Source: Schizochytrium sp. TIO01 (Eukaryota; Protista; Bigyra: Labyrinthulomycetes). From it: a stretch of DNA of 64,000 nt. Positions 22,509 to 33,800 of the stretch are shown piece after piece (the stretch's first letter is position 1; each line of letters begins with the position of its first letter). The translations under genes were made by a program, and so were the position numbers. The notes under the pieces are model-generated. The model was not told where the DNA came from, did no database searches, and saw nothing but the letters and a program-made list of their open reading frames with translations. The DNA is taken from positions 3,033,648 to 3,097,647 of the forward strand of contig SMSO01000014.1 of the NCBI GenBank assembly GCA_004764695.1. Reading direction: 5' to 3'.

Positions 22509-25500
22509 ATGTCAATGCAATCAGGCCTACGAGATTCCAATGCAAAAAACACTGGAAGTCATTCACAGCCCGCTGATGCGGACCAAGGGAGCTTGGGAGA
22601 AGAAGGCGAGGATGAATTTTTAGACACTTCACGAAGGGAAACCCATCGAATTGCATCTCAAGCTGTTTCTGAGGCAACAAACAATGCATTAACAGCACAA
22701 TTGCATCGCAGCGAGACCTCACGCTCAACCACGCTGCAAGCAATCTCTGACGCAACAACCAATGCAGTAAATTCCCATATGCAGAAAAGATGGGATGCCT
22801 CACGGTTTGCTGCTACCCACGCTATTACAAATGCAACGAATGATGCACTCGCATCTCAACTCCGACGTAGTGAAACATCACGTTTACTTACAGAGCAAGC
22901 TATCGCAGATGCAACACGAAATGCCTCAAAATCACATATTCAGCAGAAAAAACAGGCTTCTCGTATGACGGCTACCCAAGCAATAGCAGATGCAACAAAT
23001 AACGCCCTTCACGCCCAAATTGAGCGTAGCAAAACATCCCGCTTCGCTACTGAGCAAGTCATTACTGATGCGACAAACAATGCTTTGAAGGCGCAATTGC
23101 AACGTGTCGAAACTCTTAGACTTGAACGTGCTGAAACATTTCACCAAGCAGCAGCACAGGCGATTTCTAATGTAACGGCAGATGCGCTCAAATCTCACCA
23201 TGACCGAAATCAAACATCTCGAGCTTCCGCAGAAAAGGCAATAGCTGATGCGACGAGCAAAGTAGTGGATAAAAATATGCAACACCAAGATACAACTAAC
23301 GAGCGAATTGCCGAAGCCTCAAGGCTTGCAGAAGGTGAAGTAGTATCAGGATCAATGAAGCGCTCTGATAATCAGGGACAGCGCATCGAGTTTCCCTCGG
23401 AACTTAGTGCTCAAGCTGATGTAAGACTTAAAGACAATTCTTCGGATTCTTTAGTGAGCAGCAAAAGTCGCGACCTCACCAAATTTGACTCCTTTCGCTT
23501 TAGTCCATCATTCCCTCAATCAGATGATAGCAATGAAACCAGGATTAGAAATATGTTACAGCATCCAAATAAAAGTAGACTAGGTAGTGGATCTCGCGAA
23601 GAATCTCAGGTCGATGAAACCGACCGTGGGCATTCGGAGATGTCGATTAACTCTAAGCGCCAGGGCTCTTTAGGTTCGCTAGACTTGAGGGAGGAAACTG
23701 CTTTTCCGGTTTCAAATCGTTCACACGACAGTATGAAGAGAAGGAATACTTTTAAGGCTCCGGAGGAGGACAGATACATACTTGAGATGCTTGCTTCAAA
23801 AAGAGATAGTATTCATCGCTCCATGTCCTCGATTCGAAGTCAAAAATTACTTCAAGGTAGTCGTCGATCTCTAGCTTCATCAAGCAGCCCTGGGCGCGAT
23901 TCTGTTGGAGAAGCTTTGATCGATTCGCTGCTTGCAAAAGATGCAAATGAGCTAAATATGACGGACTTAAAGCTTTTAGAAGCGGAACTTACTCAATGGC
24001 AAGTTCGTACTGATGATATGAGAAGCAAATTGGAACAGCACAAGCAGTATCACCAGGTGAAACATTCTGAGGAGCTTCGAACAGAACTAAATCACATAGA
24101 TGTAAAGGTTGAAAAAGAACGAGAAGAAAGACAGAGACTTGAAGCCAAGCTTCAAGAATTACGCGAGAGAGAGGCTATTTATGCTATTGCTGATGATCGA
24201 GTTGAAGAAGAGCTCCAAGGTATGGAACTGCAACATCAGCTTGAGCATATTGCAATGCTTCGTATCAAGGCAGACCGCCTGCGGGAAGAGCGAGAAGCAT
24301 TAGAAGACTCAGAGAGAGTCAGAAAGGTCGAAATCGATGCTATTTCTGAAGAAAATAGTCGCCGCTCAATTTCAGGAGAAGCAACATTACAAAGACTCTT
24401 GACCAAAGTCGATGAGCTAAGGAAAGAACTAAGTCATCCGGAATACAAAAAGGACACCGGGTTCACGAAGGAGCTGCATTCGTCCTTTGCTATCGAAGGG
24501 CACGAAATAACGTCAGCAACAAGAGAATATGGCCGGTTTGCGAGAATGTTTGACAAAGTAGCACAAGTAAGAGAAGAAAGATGGGAGAGTAAGTTAAAAG
24601 AACTCGAGACGGAGCTGGGAGATCTTTGCGATGAGCGAGCCCGCCTCGCAAAAGAGGAAGAAGACTTGCGTGATCGCCGTGATCACCACAAGCGTCTTGT
24701 TAGACAAGGTCTTGATTACTTGGTAGAGCTTGAGCTTGGGAATGCCCCACCCCCCGAGTACGTCCTCAAGAATCTCCATAATAACAACAACCACAACCAT
24801 GAGGAGGATGCGGCTGCAGGTGATAGAGCTTCTTCGAATGAGCCCTCCCAGAGCGGCGAAGATAACAATGATACTCAAGCATTCGATGTTTTTAATTTTG
24901 ACGAGCTTGCAGATAGTGTTGAAGCCCACATGGAAATTGCCCAGTCTCGCATTGCCTCGTATAGTGCCAACCTCAAGCTCTTGGATAAAGAACGTGAATG
25001 GACAGCTACAAGTTCTATTTTAGCTCCTCATGAGCAGAAGCCATACAATGGTTTTCTTGGTGCATCTTCATATCAGAAAGATCGATTGGCATCTTTCCAC
25101 TTAGTACGTGGTGTGCTCTTAGATGTAGTGGACAACTTTTTGGAGACTTATACACCTATTGACCAAACTCAACTCAGAAGCGAGGCAGTCGCAGCTATTG
25201 AGAAATGGAGAGCTAGCGGTCATTTCCTGGAGCGCCGCATTCAAGCCGAGATTGAAGAAGACGCTGTTCGCTTAGTCGCAGATGAAGTCGTTAGCACAAC
25301 ATTAGACTCTGTGTTACGCGGTATTTACGGAGAGGTCCAAACGGCACTCTTATTGTCTCAAAAAATTGCTGATAAACTCGTTCTAGGTTCCGTTTTCAGT
25401 TTATGGCAAGGTGATGGTCCAGTGCCTGATAATGTTAAAGATCAAGTAACAAGTACCTTTACAGAACTACAGCATCGGAGAGATGTAAGAGATATTGCAC

Positions 25501-27701
25501 AAAGGGAACAGTCGCGAAAACCAATTACGTCACTTTCTTTACGACTAGAAAAGGCAATGTTGCCTCAAGAAGTTAGTGTTTTTTATTCAACTCACGCGGC
25601 ATACAGTGAAGCTTCGATGGCTCGAATTCGCGAAGAGTTACAAAAGAAAAGAGCACAAGAAGAGGCTTATGAAGATGAAATAAATGAAAGAAGGTTAGAT
25701 CTTGACATGGAGGCAGAAGAGGCGGCACACATGATCGAGGAACCCGATGCATCACAAGAATCTGATGACGAGGAGGATGACAGTTCGACTTCCATTCAAT
25801 TTGCTCTTGCGCATGTCTTGGAGCCCGAAAAGGTCCAGTTAAAGGCACCAGAATTCCGGCTTTTAGAGAAGGCCTTTTGGAATAATATTTCCTTTCGTTC
25901 AAAACATATCAAAGTTTCCCATAGCCTTGGAAAACCTTCAGCAATAGCTGGTTCATCTGGTGGGGAATATATGGCAATTGGAACTACTTACGGTTATGTT
26001 TTAGTGTACGATGTTCGACCTGATAAAGCTCTTCTCCTTCGCAAATTTATTGGTAAAACTGGTCAAGGTGCTATACTTCAGCTCGTTTGGAGTATGGATG
26101 TAGGATCCTTACTTTTAGCATTAGAAGAGGGGGGTACCGTTCGCCTTTTGAGTACTTCAACAGCTTCTCAACCAAGCAAAGGCCGCGGATGGGCGAAATC
26201 CTTTAAACCCGTGCCATTAGAAGAAGTGCTCGTCTTATCTTGGAGAGACTTTGACCGTCCTGTACAGGAGGATCTTTTTGCAGAGGCTAACGATATTCAG
26301 CATTACAAAGCAAAGATTCAGGCAAACCAGCGACGAGCTAAACGAAAGCGTAAAGGTACCGTTGAAGTATCAGAGAGTGATTTACAACCTGTCTACGTTG
26401 CTTTTCATACCGCTCATACACTATTTGGGGTGCAGCTTAGCATTCTCATTGCTCTGCAAAATGGAGATATTGTCAAGTATAATTCAGACTATAATAAAGT
26501 CTATGGTGATAGAAGTGTCTATTGCCCATCGCATGCCCACGTTGAGCCTCCTAACCCCCGAGATGACAGTCTTATTCCTGGTCAACCACGAGGAAAAGGA
26601 GAACTGTTTGGATCAACAATTCGTAGAGAGTTTTTTCAAGATCACAAAAATGTGCCAATCTTTATTGGTTTTGTCAATCGCTGCTCAGAGGTTATGTATT
26701 CAATTGATTCTAAAATGCGTATGCGGCAATGGCCGTATGAACCAAGCCAATTTTCAGGCTTTGGATGGTTTGTCCCTGCCCAACGATATTCACTTGACCT
26801 TCGTGCAGTTGCATATTCATCAGACAAAACCTTTCCTGTGGAGAAGTTATTTCCTCCCGAGGGTGTTGAAATACCAACAGGAACGATTGCAGGCGGGGGA
26901 GGTAAACCCCCATTGAGTGAGGATGAGATTCTTAAAGATGATCAAAATTTTGTGACTCTTGCTCGTGAAGAGGAGCGTTTGATTGCTACCTTGAGTCTCC
27001 AAGACCGGCCCTGGCTGGTAAGAGAGGCTGGTCAAAACCAGCGAATAATGCAAATTTTCGCGCCCGAGGAAGCCGCATTTGATAAGAGTAGTCCTCATCA
27101 TGTTTTAATTCATTCAAAGGGAGGAATCCTTGTGCAACATATGGTCTCCTACTTTGCACCTAAAGTGTCTGAGGGGGTACTCGAAGATGTGACACTTTCG
27201 CATTCAGGGTCCGAAATTTTTTTTCTCGTCCGTTATACTGCTACTTCTGAAAAGCCAGCAACAGTTCGGATCTTCGTATTTGATACAGCCACAGCAACAC
27301 TTGAGCCTACTGCTGTTGAAATTCTCATGGAAGGCAAGATAAGACCACGCCTCGTTGTCTCCCCTCTTCTAAATGAACTTGATTCCGATTATGTCTATGT
27401 ACTGATGAACTCAAATGTCTACGTTGTTTCACTGACAAGCGGGCTCTTTGCTACTCAGCGTCTAAGTCCCCTTGGTCAAAATGCAGAGCCTGGTGTAAGT
27501 TTAACAGACATGGTACTTTTTCGAGATCATGAACACTTGGCATGCATTGGAGCAAATAGCGACACGATATACTTGTTTGCTATCGAAAATTTAGGGTCAG
27601 AGGATGACCAGAAAAGGGACAAAGATGCATCGAATGATTCACAAAGTATTTCAAAGTACAGACCCCGAAAGCAATACTCTCCACGAGAATGTACAGTTTA
27701 G
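22509..27701 (+). CDS. large protein with N-terminal 26/27-aa tandem repeats, central coiled coil and C-terminal WD40-like beta-propeller region
   Basis: Single 5.2-kb ORF. Repeats SR..xQAIxDATxNAL, E/K/R-rich heptads, and WD-like blades (AIAGSSGGEYMAIGTTYGYVLVYDV; ILQLVWSMD..LLLALEEGGTVRLL). Confidence 0.8.
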   Translation: MSMQSGLRDSNAKNTGSHSQPADADQGSLGEEGEDEFLDTSRRETHRIASQAVSEATNNALTAQLHRSETSRSTTLQAISDATTNAVNSHMQKRWDASRFAATHAITNATNDALASQLRRSETSRLLTEQAIADATRNASKSHIQQKKQASRMTATQAIADATNNALHAQIERSKTSRFATEQVITDATNNALKAQLQRVETLRLERAETFHQAAAQAISNVTADALKSHHDRNQTSRASAEKAIADATSKVVDKNMQHQDTTNERIAEASRLAEGEVVSGSMKRSDNQGQRIEFPSELSAQADVRLKDNSSDSLVSSKSRDLTKFDSFRFSPSFPQSDDSNETRIRNMLQHPNKSRLGSGSREESQVDETDRGHSEMSINSKRQGSLGSLDLREETAFPVSNRSHDSMKRRNTFKAPEEDRYILEMLASKRDSIHRSMSSIRSQKLLQGSRRSLASSSSPGRDSVGEALIDSLLAKDANELNMTDLKLLEAELTQWQVRTDDMRSKLEQHKQYHQVKHSEELRTELNHIDVKVEKEREERQRLEAKLQELREREAIYAIADDRVEEELQGMELQHQLEHIAMLRIKADRLREEREALEDSERVRKVEIDAISEENSRRSISGEATLQRLLTKVDELRKELSHPEYKKDTGFTKELHSSFAIEGHEITSATREYGRFARMFDKVAQVREERWESKLKELETELGDLCDERARLAKEEEDLRDRRDHHKRLVRQGLDYLVELELGNAPPPEYVLKNLHNNNNHNHEEDAAAGDRASSNEPSQSGEDNNDTQAFDVFNFDELADSVEAHMEIAQSRIASYSANLKLLDKEREWTATSSILAPHEQKPYNGFLGASSYQKDRLASFHLVRGVLLDVVDNFLETYTPIDQTQLRSEAVAAIEKWRASGHFLERRIQAEIEEDAVRLVADEVVSTTLDSVLRGIYGEVQTALLLSQKIADKLVLGSVFSLWQGDGPVPDNVKDQVTSTFTELQHRRDVRDIAQREQSRKPITSLSLRLEKAMLPQEVSVFYSTHAAYSEASMARIREELQKKRAQEEAYEDEINERRLDLDMEAEEAAHMIEEPDASQESDDEEDDSSTSIQFALAHVLEPEKVQLKAPEFRLLEKAFWNNISFRSKHIKVSHSLGKPSAIAGSSGGEYMAIGTTYGYVLVYDVRPDKALLLRKFIGKTGQGAILQLVWSMDVGSLLLALEEGGTVRLLSTSTASQPSKGRGWAKSFKPVPLEEVLVLSWRDFDRPVQEDLFAEANDIQHYKAKIQANQRRAKRKRKGTVEVSESDLQPVYVAFHTAHTLFGVQLSILIALQNGDIVKYNSDYNKVYGDRSVYCPSHAHVEPPNPRDDSLIPGQPRGKGELFGSTIRREFFQDHKNVPIFIGFVNRCSEVMYSIDSKMRMRQWPYEPSQFSGFGWFVPAQRYSLDLRAVAYSSDKTFPVEKLFPPEGVEIPTGTIAGGGGKPPLSEDEILKDDQNFVTLAREEERLIATLSLQDRPWLVREAGQNQRIMQIFAPEEAAFDKSSPHHVLIHSKGGILVQHMVSYFAPKVSEGVLEDVTLSHSGSEIFFLVRYTATSEKPATVRIFVFDTATATLEPTAVEILMEGKIRPRLVVSPLLNELDSDYVYVLMNSNVYVVSLTSGLFATQRLSPLGQNAEPGVSLTDMVLFRDHEHLACIGANSDTIYLFAIENLGSEDDQKRDKDASNDSQSISKYRPRKQYSPRECTV

Positions 27702-27842
27702 ATTGAGATTCACCCTTCTACCTCTCATGCCTTTCTCCTGATGATATAGGTATATATAAAAATCAGACTTCATTTTTGTTTTGTTTGGATGATTCGCTTA
27801 AAACTAACTTATGATGTCCGGTGACAAAATGGCACATCGGGC

Positions 27843-30800
27843 TTATGCTAAAGGGTGCCCATCACTGTCATCATCTGTAGTATCTTTGGGACGGGGCGTT
27901 AATGATGGCCTCTGAGGAACGGCACGTCCTGTTGATGCTACAGGAGGAGGTGGTCGCGAAGAAGTGCGAGCCATTGAAGTCGGACGCGCAGGAGTAGGGC
28001 GACCACTGCTTCCATTTTGTGCATCAAGACGGGCCATTATTTGAGATCGATTTTGCTGAAATTGTTGAGCTGAGGTGGAAGAGCTTTGCACGCTTACTTT
28101 TGGGCGCGGGGGTTCCTGACGCGAAGGAACTGGGTCGTTCGAACGAGTTGGCAGTGAAGAACCTATACTTGAAGATGATGGGCTTCTAGCAAAAACCTCT
28201 GCAGACTTGTTTGGTAGAGGAGGGGGGACTTTAGCCGAGGTGGATGCAGATCGAGTTGGGTTAGGCTGTGACTGGGGCGCGGGTGGTCTCAAGCCAGACA
28301 CTGAAGAAGAGGTTTGCCGAGCTGGAATTTGGTTAGCTGAAGAGAAGCTTGCATGGGGAAGACTCCGCGACGGCGGACGAGTTGGAACCTGGCTCGGTTG
28401 TGATACAGGCACAGGTGGTGGAGTATGCATCGCCGTGCCGGAGTTAGCTTGAGCGATATTTCGTGGAAGAGACGATGTTCGCGGAGTGACAGGCGGAGGA
28501 ATGACTTGTTGGGCTGCTTGACTAGGTACAGGAGGCGCGGGGGGTGAGCTTGCTGATGTAAACCCAGTACGCGGCATTGATTGACGAGGCTGTACTGGTG
28601 GGGGGGGCATCGAGTAAGAAGATGCTGATGGGTCAAAACGCGGTTGAAGCGAACGATTGCTTGCACTTGGCTGAAGTGAGCGGTTGCTTGCACCCTGTTG
28701 CATCGACGTTGTTGCGATTGGGGCTTGAAACGGAACCTGAGTTACAGTATCCTGAGTTGACACTGCACCATGCGCATTTCTTGTCTGGGCAATAGCTTCG
28801 ATGTCACTCTGAGTCAAATTGAAAACACGGTCACGAAGGTCCCATACGATTTCCTTCTCTGGAAATTCGTGTCCTTCCACAACAACCATGGTACGTAGCG
28901 AATTTACAACCCACATGGAACCTGGACGGCCTCCGGAAGCACCAGAGTCCTCCCAGACCTTTTCAGGCTTGAGAGAAGAACGAACACACCAGTGCTTCGG
29001 AACACAATGTACAGATGTCACATCGGGTGGGGAATCTGTCGTTGTGGCTACCATACCAAGTGCAACGAAAGCAGGGCTAGGAGGAATTGGCCTCCATGCA
29101 AAAAACGGCGAGCCATGCTGTTGACTCCAAACCTGGTTGAAGCGAACCGGGTTGGGCATGATCCGATTAATAAGTGGCCGCATGAGTTCGTTCTGGCCTG
29201 AAACTCCCCAACGCTCATTATCACGCATCTCTAACGTGTACTTCACACCACGAATGGGGTCGGATGGGGAACTCTTGGAAAAGATACCCTTGGACCCACC
29301 TGGCTTGTCAAGGGAGCCATGGGCATAGTGACCCAAGCAAACCTTCGACCGGTTCTGCTTTAGGAGCGAAGACTCAACATCTGGGTTCCATACACTCGCC
29401 TTGAGCTTAGTCATAGAACCACGCGAATTCCAGACACGGTTGAAGTGGTGCACCTCCTTAACCTTAACACGAAATTGCGAAACAACATCGGCCTGAAGAG
29501 CTTTATTCTCAAGTGCAATCTGTTGACCTTGACGGGGATCGGAATTCAGTTCCTCAATGCGTTTGGGTTCAATCACAATATCGTTGAAGTTCTCTTGGGG
29601 GACTATCAAGCCACGCTCAGCCATAGAAGCCTCAAGGCGGCGATCAAAAAATGCGGCGCGGAATTCGTCCAGTGATAGATAACCGTCCATATCACGATCA
29701 AGGTTTCGCATAACCGCATAAACTTGATGAGGCTGAATATGAATGCCCAACCACTCAAGGGCGCCGTATAACTCAGAGCACCCAACCTTGCCGTTCCGGT
29801 CCGAATCAAAGGCACGAAAAGCATCCAAGATGAACATACCACGTTGATAAATTCTACCCTTGATTCGGCTAATTGTGGCACGCTCCTCAAGTAAAGTATA
29901 CTCATGGTCAGTAATAAAGACACGATGTAATGTCGTGTCACGAAGGGGCCTTCGTGACCTACGACGACACTCCCGGACTTCTTCAAACCAACGCTCTCGT
30001 GCTTCAGGAACATTGACCTGTAGTGCGCGTAGGAGCATGTTGAGATGGCGCTCCTTAAAGTACACTTCACTGTTAATAAAGCGGTACGTTTCATAGTATG
30101 AGGTTTGGTGGTATTCGCTACCGCCTTTATATCCTAATGAGGAATCGAGCAACGATTTGGTGTAGAGTGAGTGCATACCCACAAATGTATTAGGATTATT
30201 GTCAATGATGGTTTTGCCTTGCCTCTGTCGCATGTGCATGAGGCCACGCAAACATTCTGCTTCGTAAAGCGAAAGCACTGAAAAGTGCCGTCCACCTTGC
30301 AGATGATAGAAGACTCGTTGCTCAACAAGAGCTTTGAAACCCTCCATGTCGACACCTCCAAACTGATTGATATCGACATTTTGTTGATAGAGTCGTTTTA
30401 AAGAATCTGCAAGTTCGTAAATCAAAAAGTTTTCCAGATACTCGCGTTGCTCCTCAGAAGAAAGTGGTTCGCCATCAAACCCACCAGATGCGACGAGCTT
30501 GCCCTGTTTTTCATCAGCTTCTACCGTAACATCATCGAATCCCACAACTTCGTTTGTGCCTCGCAAGAGGTTATCAGGAGCGACGTCAAGAGCTAGCATT
30601 AGCTCAAAGAGTTCATCTTTATCAAGTCTCTTATTACCATCAAGATCGAGCATTTCAAAAGCACGAGCAAGGTGGCTGCGTTTTTCATCCGTCATACGCG
30701 TTTTAGTATCCCCAAGTAAATGTGGAGCGTTGGTGATAGCGGCTAAATCTGGAACCCACTCCATCAAAATGATCACATTTTTGATGCGACGGTGCGTATG

Positions 30801-33800
30801 CAAACTCCAGCCTGGATCGTAATGATTTCGGCTAATAAACATAGACTGTGGGAAAGCAATAGGCGCAGGAGACTCATTAAGCTTCCTGTGCATAGCAAAT
30901 TCAGAACATGAGAAAAGACCCATGGCAGGAGCTGCATTCTCTTTTCCGAGTAGATCAACATCCCAAGGCCTAGGCTCTTCGTCTTTTCTGGAGTACTTCT
31001 TCTTAACATACTCTTCAGGCTCCATTTGTTGCACCTGCTCTTGCTCTTGTTCTTGCTCTTGCTCCTGCTCTTGCTCTTGCTCTTGCTCCTGCTCTTGCAC
31101 TTGTTCTGCATTGAACACTTGCTCTTTGGCAACCTCATCATTTGATCCAACACCCTCTACCCCAGCCAGCGTTGGTGCTAAGGAACCAGAATGAGCTGCA
31201 GCCCGGCTACGCTCTTCAGCTTGTCGCATATTCTCAATGATCATATTGATGATGTTGTGATCTGATTCGGAAGCAATCAAATCTTGATGATCTGTAACCA
31301 TGGTATTAATCTTTTCCAGGAATGGACGAGCCTTTGGTACAGCTGTAGCAACGGAAAAGTCCATTCGTTCGCGGAATGCATCAACAGATTTTTCCAAATA
31401 CTGGCTTTGGGGTGAAATGTCGCCACGAGTGCCAACCTTATCGGTGTTACAAAGAATGTAGTAATGTGCACGTTTCCTCCAGACATTGCTTGTGCTCTGT
31501 TCACAAAGAAGGTTGAACTGAATTTTTTCAGATCGCATTGAGTTAATCACTAACCACTCTGTAACCTCCCTTAAATTTTCAGCAAGCTCAGCTGAGTACT
31601 GGTAACTACCTTCTTGGTTTTGAGCGCGTTGCGCAGAAGCATTTTGCGCAGCTAGTTTTGATAGTTCATTAGGACTGACCGTCTGACCACGGCCTGCAGC
31701 AATCTGGAGCTTAATCAACATGCTCACTTCTGGAATGATAAGCACTTCAAGAGTTTGGCCAATTCCAATACCACGCATACGAAATGCACCCTGAGCATAG
31801 TCCCGGAATGTCATATCCTTACCTAGAGTAATTGCGGCACGGGCACTGATTGCTTGTTTAATGTCCATACCAGTTGTATGGACCTGGTCATAAAATGAGA
31901 AGCGTCGGTCTGGAGCAATACCTGAGCGATCAAGCGGAATCACCTTTCCAGACCGCGTTAAAACCATCTTGCGGTCAGCACTATCCAAGAAGACTACACC
32001 CTCTAGCTCCTCGGAAAGACCGTTGCGAAGTAAGAACGCAGCAACTTCAATGTTGCTTAGGCCTGTAATCAATGCACCTGTATCAATAAGTGCGTGATAT
32101 GTTGGTTGAGCTGTCGCGATTGCTTTCAGCAAGCTTTCAACTGACCATCCGTTCTCAATGAGACGAATTGACATTACTGAAGGATCAGTCAGGTAGTAGA
32201 GCATTTTACCATCAGAGCCTTTCTCATAGTGGCATTCACCAAGTTCCACCGGCAAAAGATCCGAAGGGGTTCCACTGAAGCCAATGCGCCTTTGAAACAT
32301 GATATTACCTCCGAGTTCTTGCCCGCAAGCGGAGATTTTAAGACCGTGATGCTGCATGGTCTCCGGGAAAATATACGCTGAAAGATAATAAAGGATAGCA
32401 TGGGGTGATCTGTGTAAAAGTCGATAGAGGACGTCGATCTGGTGTGCATCTGATAGATCAATCAATTGCAAAGGCCATAAGTCATCGAACTCAGGATTAC
32501 GCGGGGTGCCAGTAGCTCCTCCTGATTTATCCTCAAGTGCAGTACCCTCATCGCTAACATTGACCTCCTGCTCGCCAAACTTTGTTTCTTCAGTTGTAAC
32601 ACCTGCAGATGCTTTGAAGCGACGCTTATGAGCTTCGACCTTGGTACCTCGCACACGGCCGCCCGCAAGGGATACCCACTTGATAAAAAGTCGTGAGGCT
32701 TCTCGCTTCATGTATGGACCGACATCCTCCTCCAGGAGCTCACGGAGATGGCGAAGGAGCCACATGAAATCTGACATTCTCAGGCCTTCATACCGATAAG
32801 CAAGAATGGTTAGACCTAATACTACGTCAGGGTGAGAAAATTCTGAGGCACGGGAAGGACAATCCTTGCCCACAAAAGGAATAGCAAGAAGCTTGCGGTT
32901 CTTCGGCATGAAGGGATCGAGAGCCATAAACTTCTCGAGATCAGACTTATTCAAAAGACCGAACTTAACGCGGTTAATCTTTGCCATCACAAAGGGCGTG
33001 AATGTTCCAATCCACTCGCGTGCAAGATTAATCATCTTAACGCTTTCATCAGTCAAGCTAGTATTGATGATCTCTGCTGCCTTGGGTGCCCCCTTTGCGC
33101 CTCTTGTCATGTAATCGAGAGCATCCTGATCAGAAATACCATGAAGTCCACGGGTGGATAGAAAAAGAAGCATCCATTGCGCCAACAAACCTCTCAATTT
33201 AGCTGTATAAAACGAACGAGACAATAAGACCAAGTGTGGTTGTTGCTGCATCAGATTGAGTTCGCAGCCATTCTTGATAGCCTCGTTGATTTCTTTCAGC
33301 AATTTGTTTGCTGTGCGCGAACTAGTGTAATCTAATGTGGTTTGACCAGCATCTTTAGCAAAGAACGCATCAAGAAGATGAAACGGAATCATCCAGCGCA
33401 TACCATCATGGCCCCGGAGATGACTTCTCGTGAAGTCAAGCGGAACCTTGTTACCAATGGGCCAGTTCAGCTCAGAACGAAGCGGGTGCAAAATCAAATC
33501 CACTTCATCAAGTATCAACACGCCATCACGGAAGAGATCGAGGATTCGAGTGGATAGACGCATTTGTTCACGCAGCATATTCGCCTCACCTTCCGTAAGC
33601 ATCTTCCGCGGTTTTGTTGTCATACGGAATGCTTCCTTAAAAAAGGAAGCAATCATGCTAGGCGCTGATCTCATTTCATCATCGCTCTCATACTTTGCGG
33701 CATCTAGAAGATGTGCAGCTTCAACAAGCTTTAAAAAGAAGCTTTTTAAGGCCGTAGGTGTTGTACATACCACCGCACGGGACTTGCGGGCAATCAAAAG

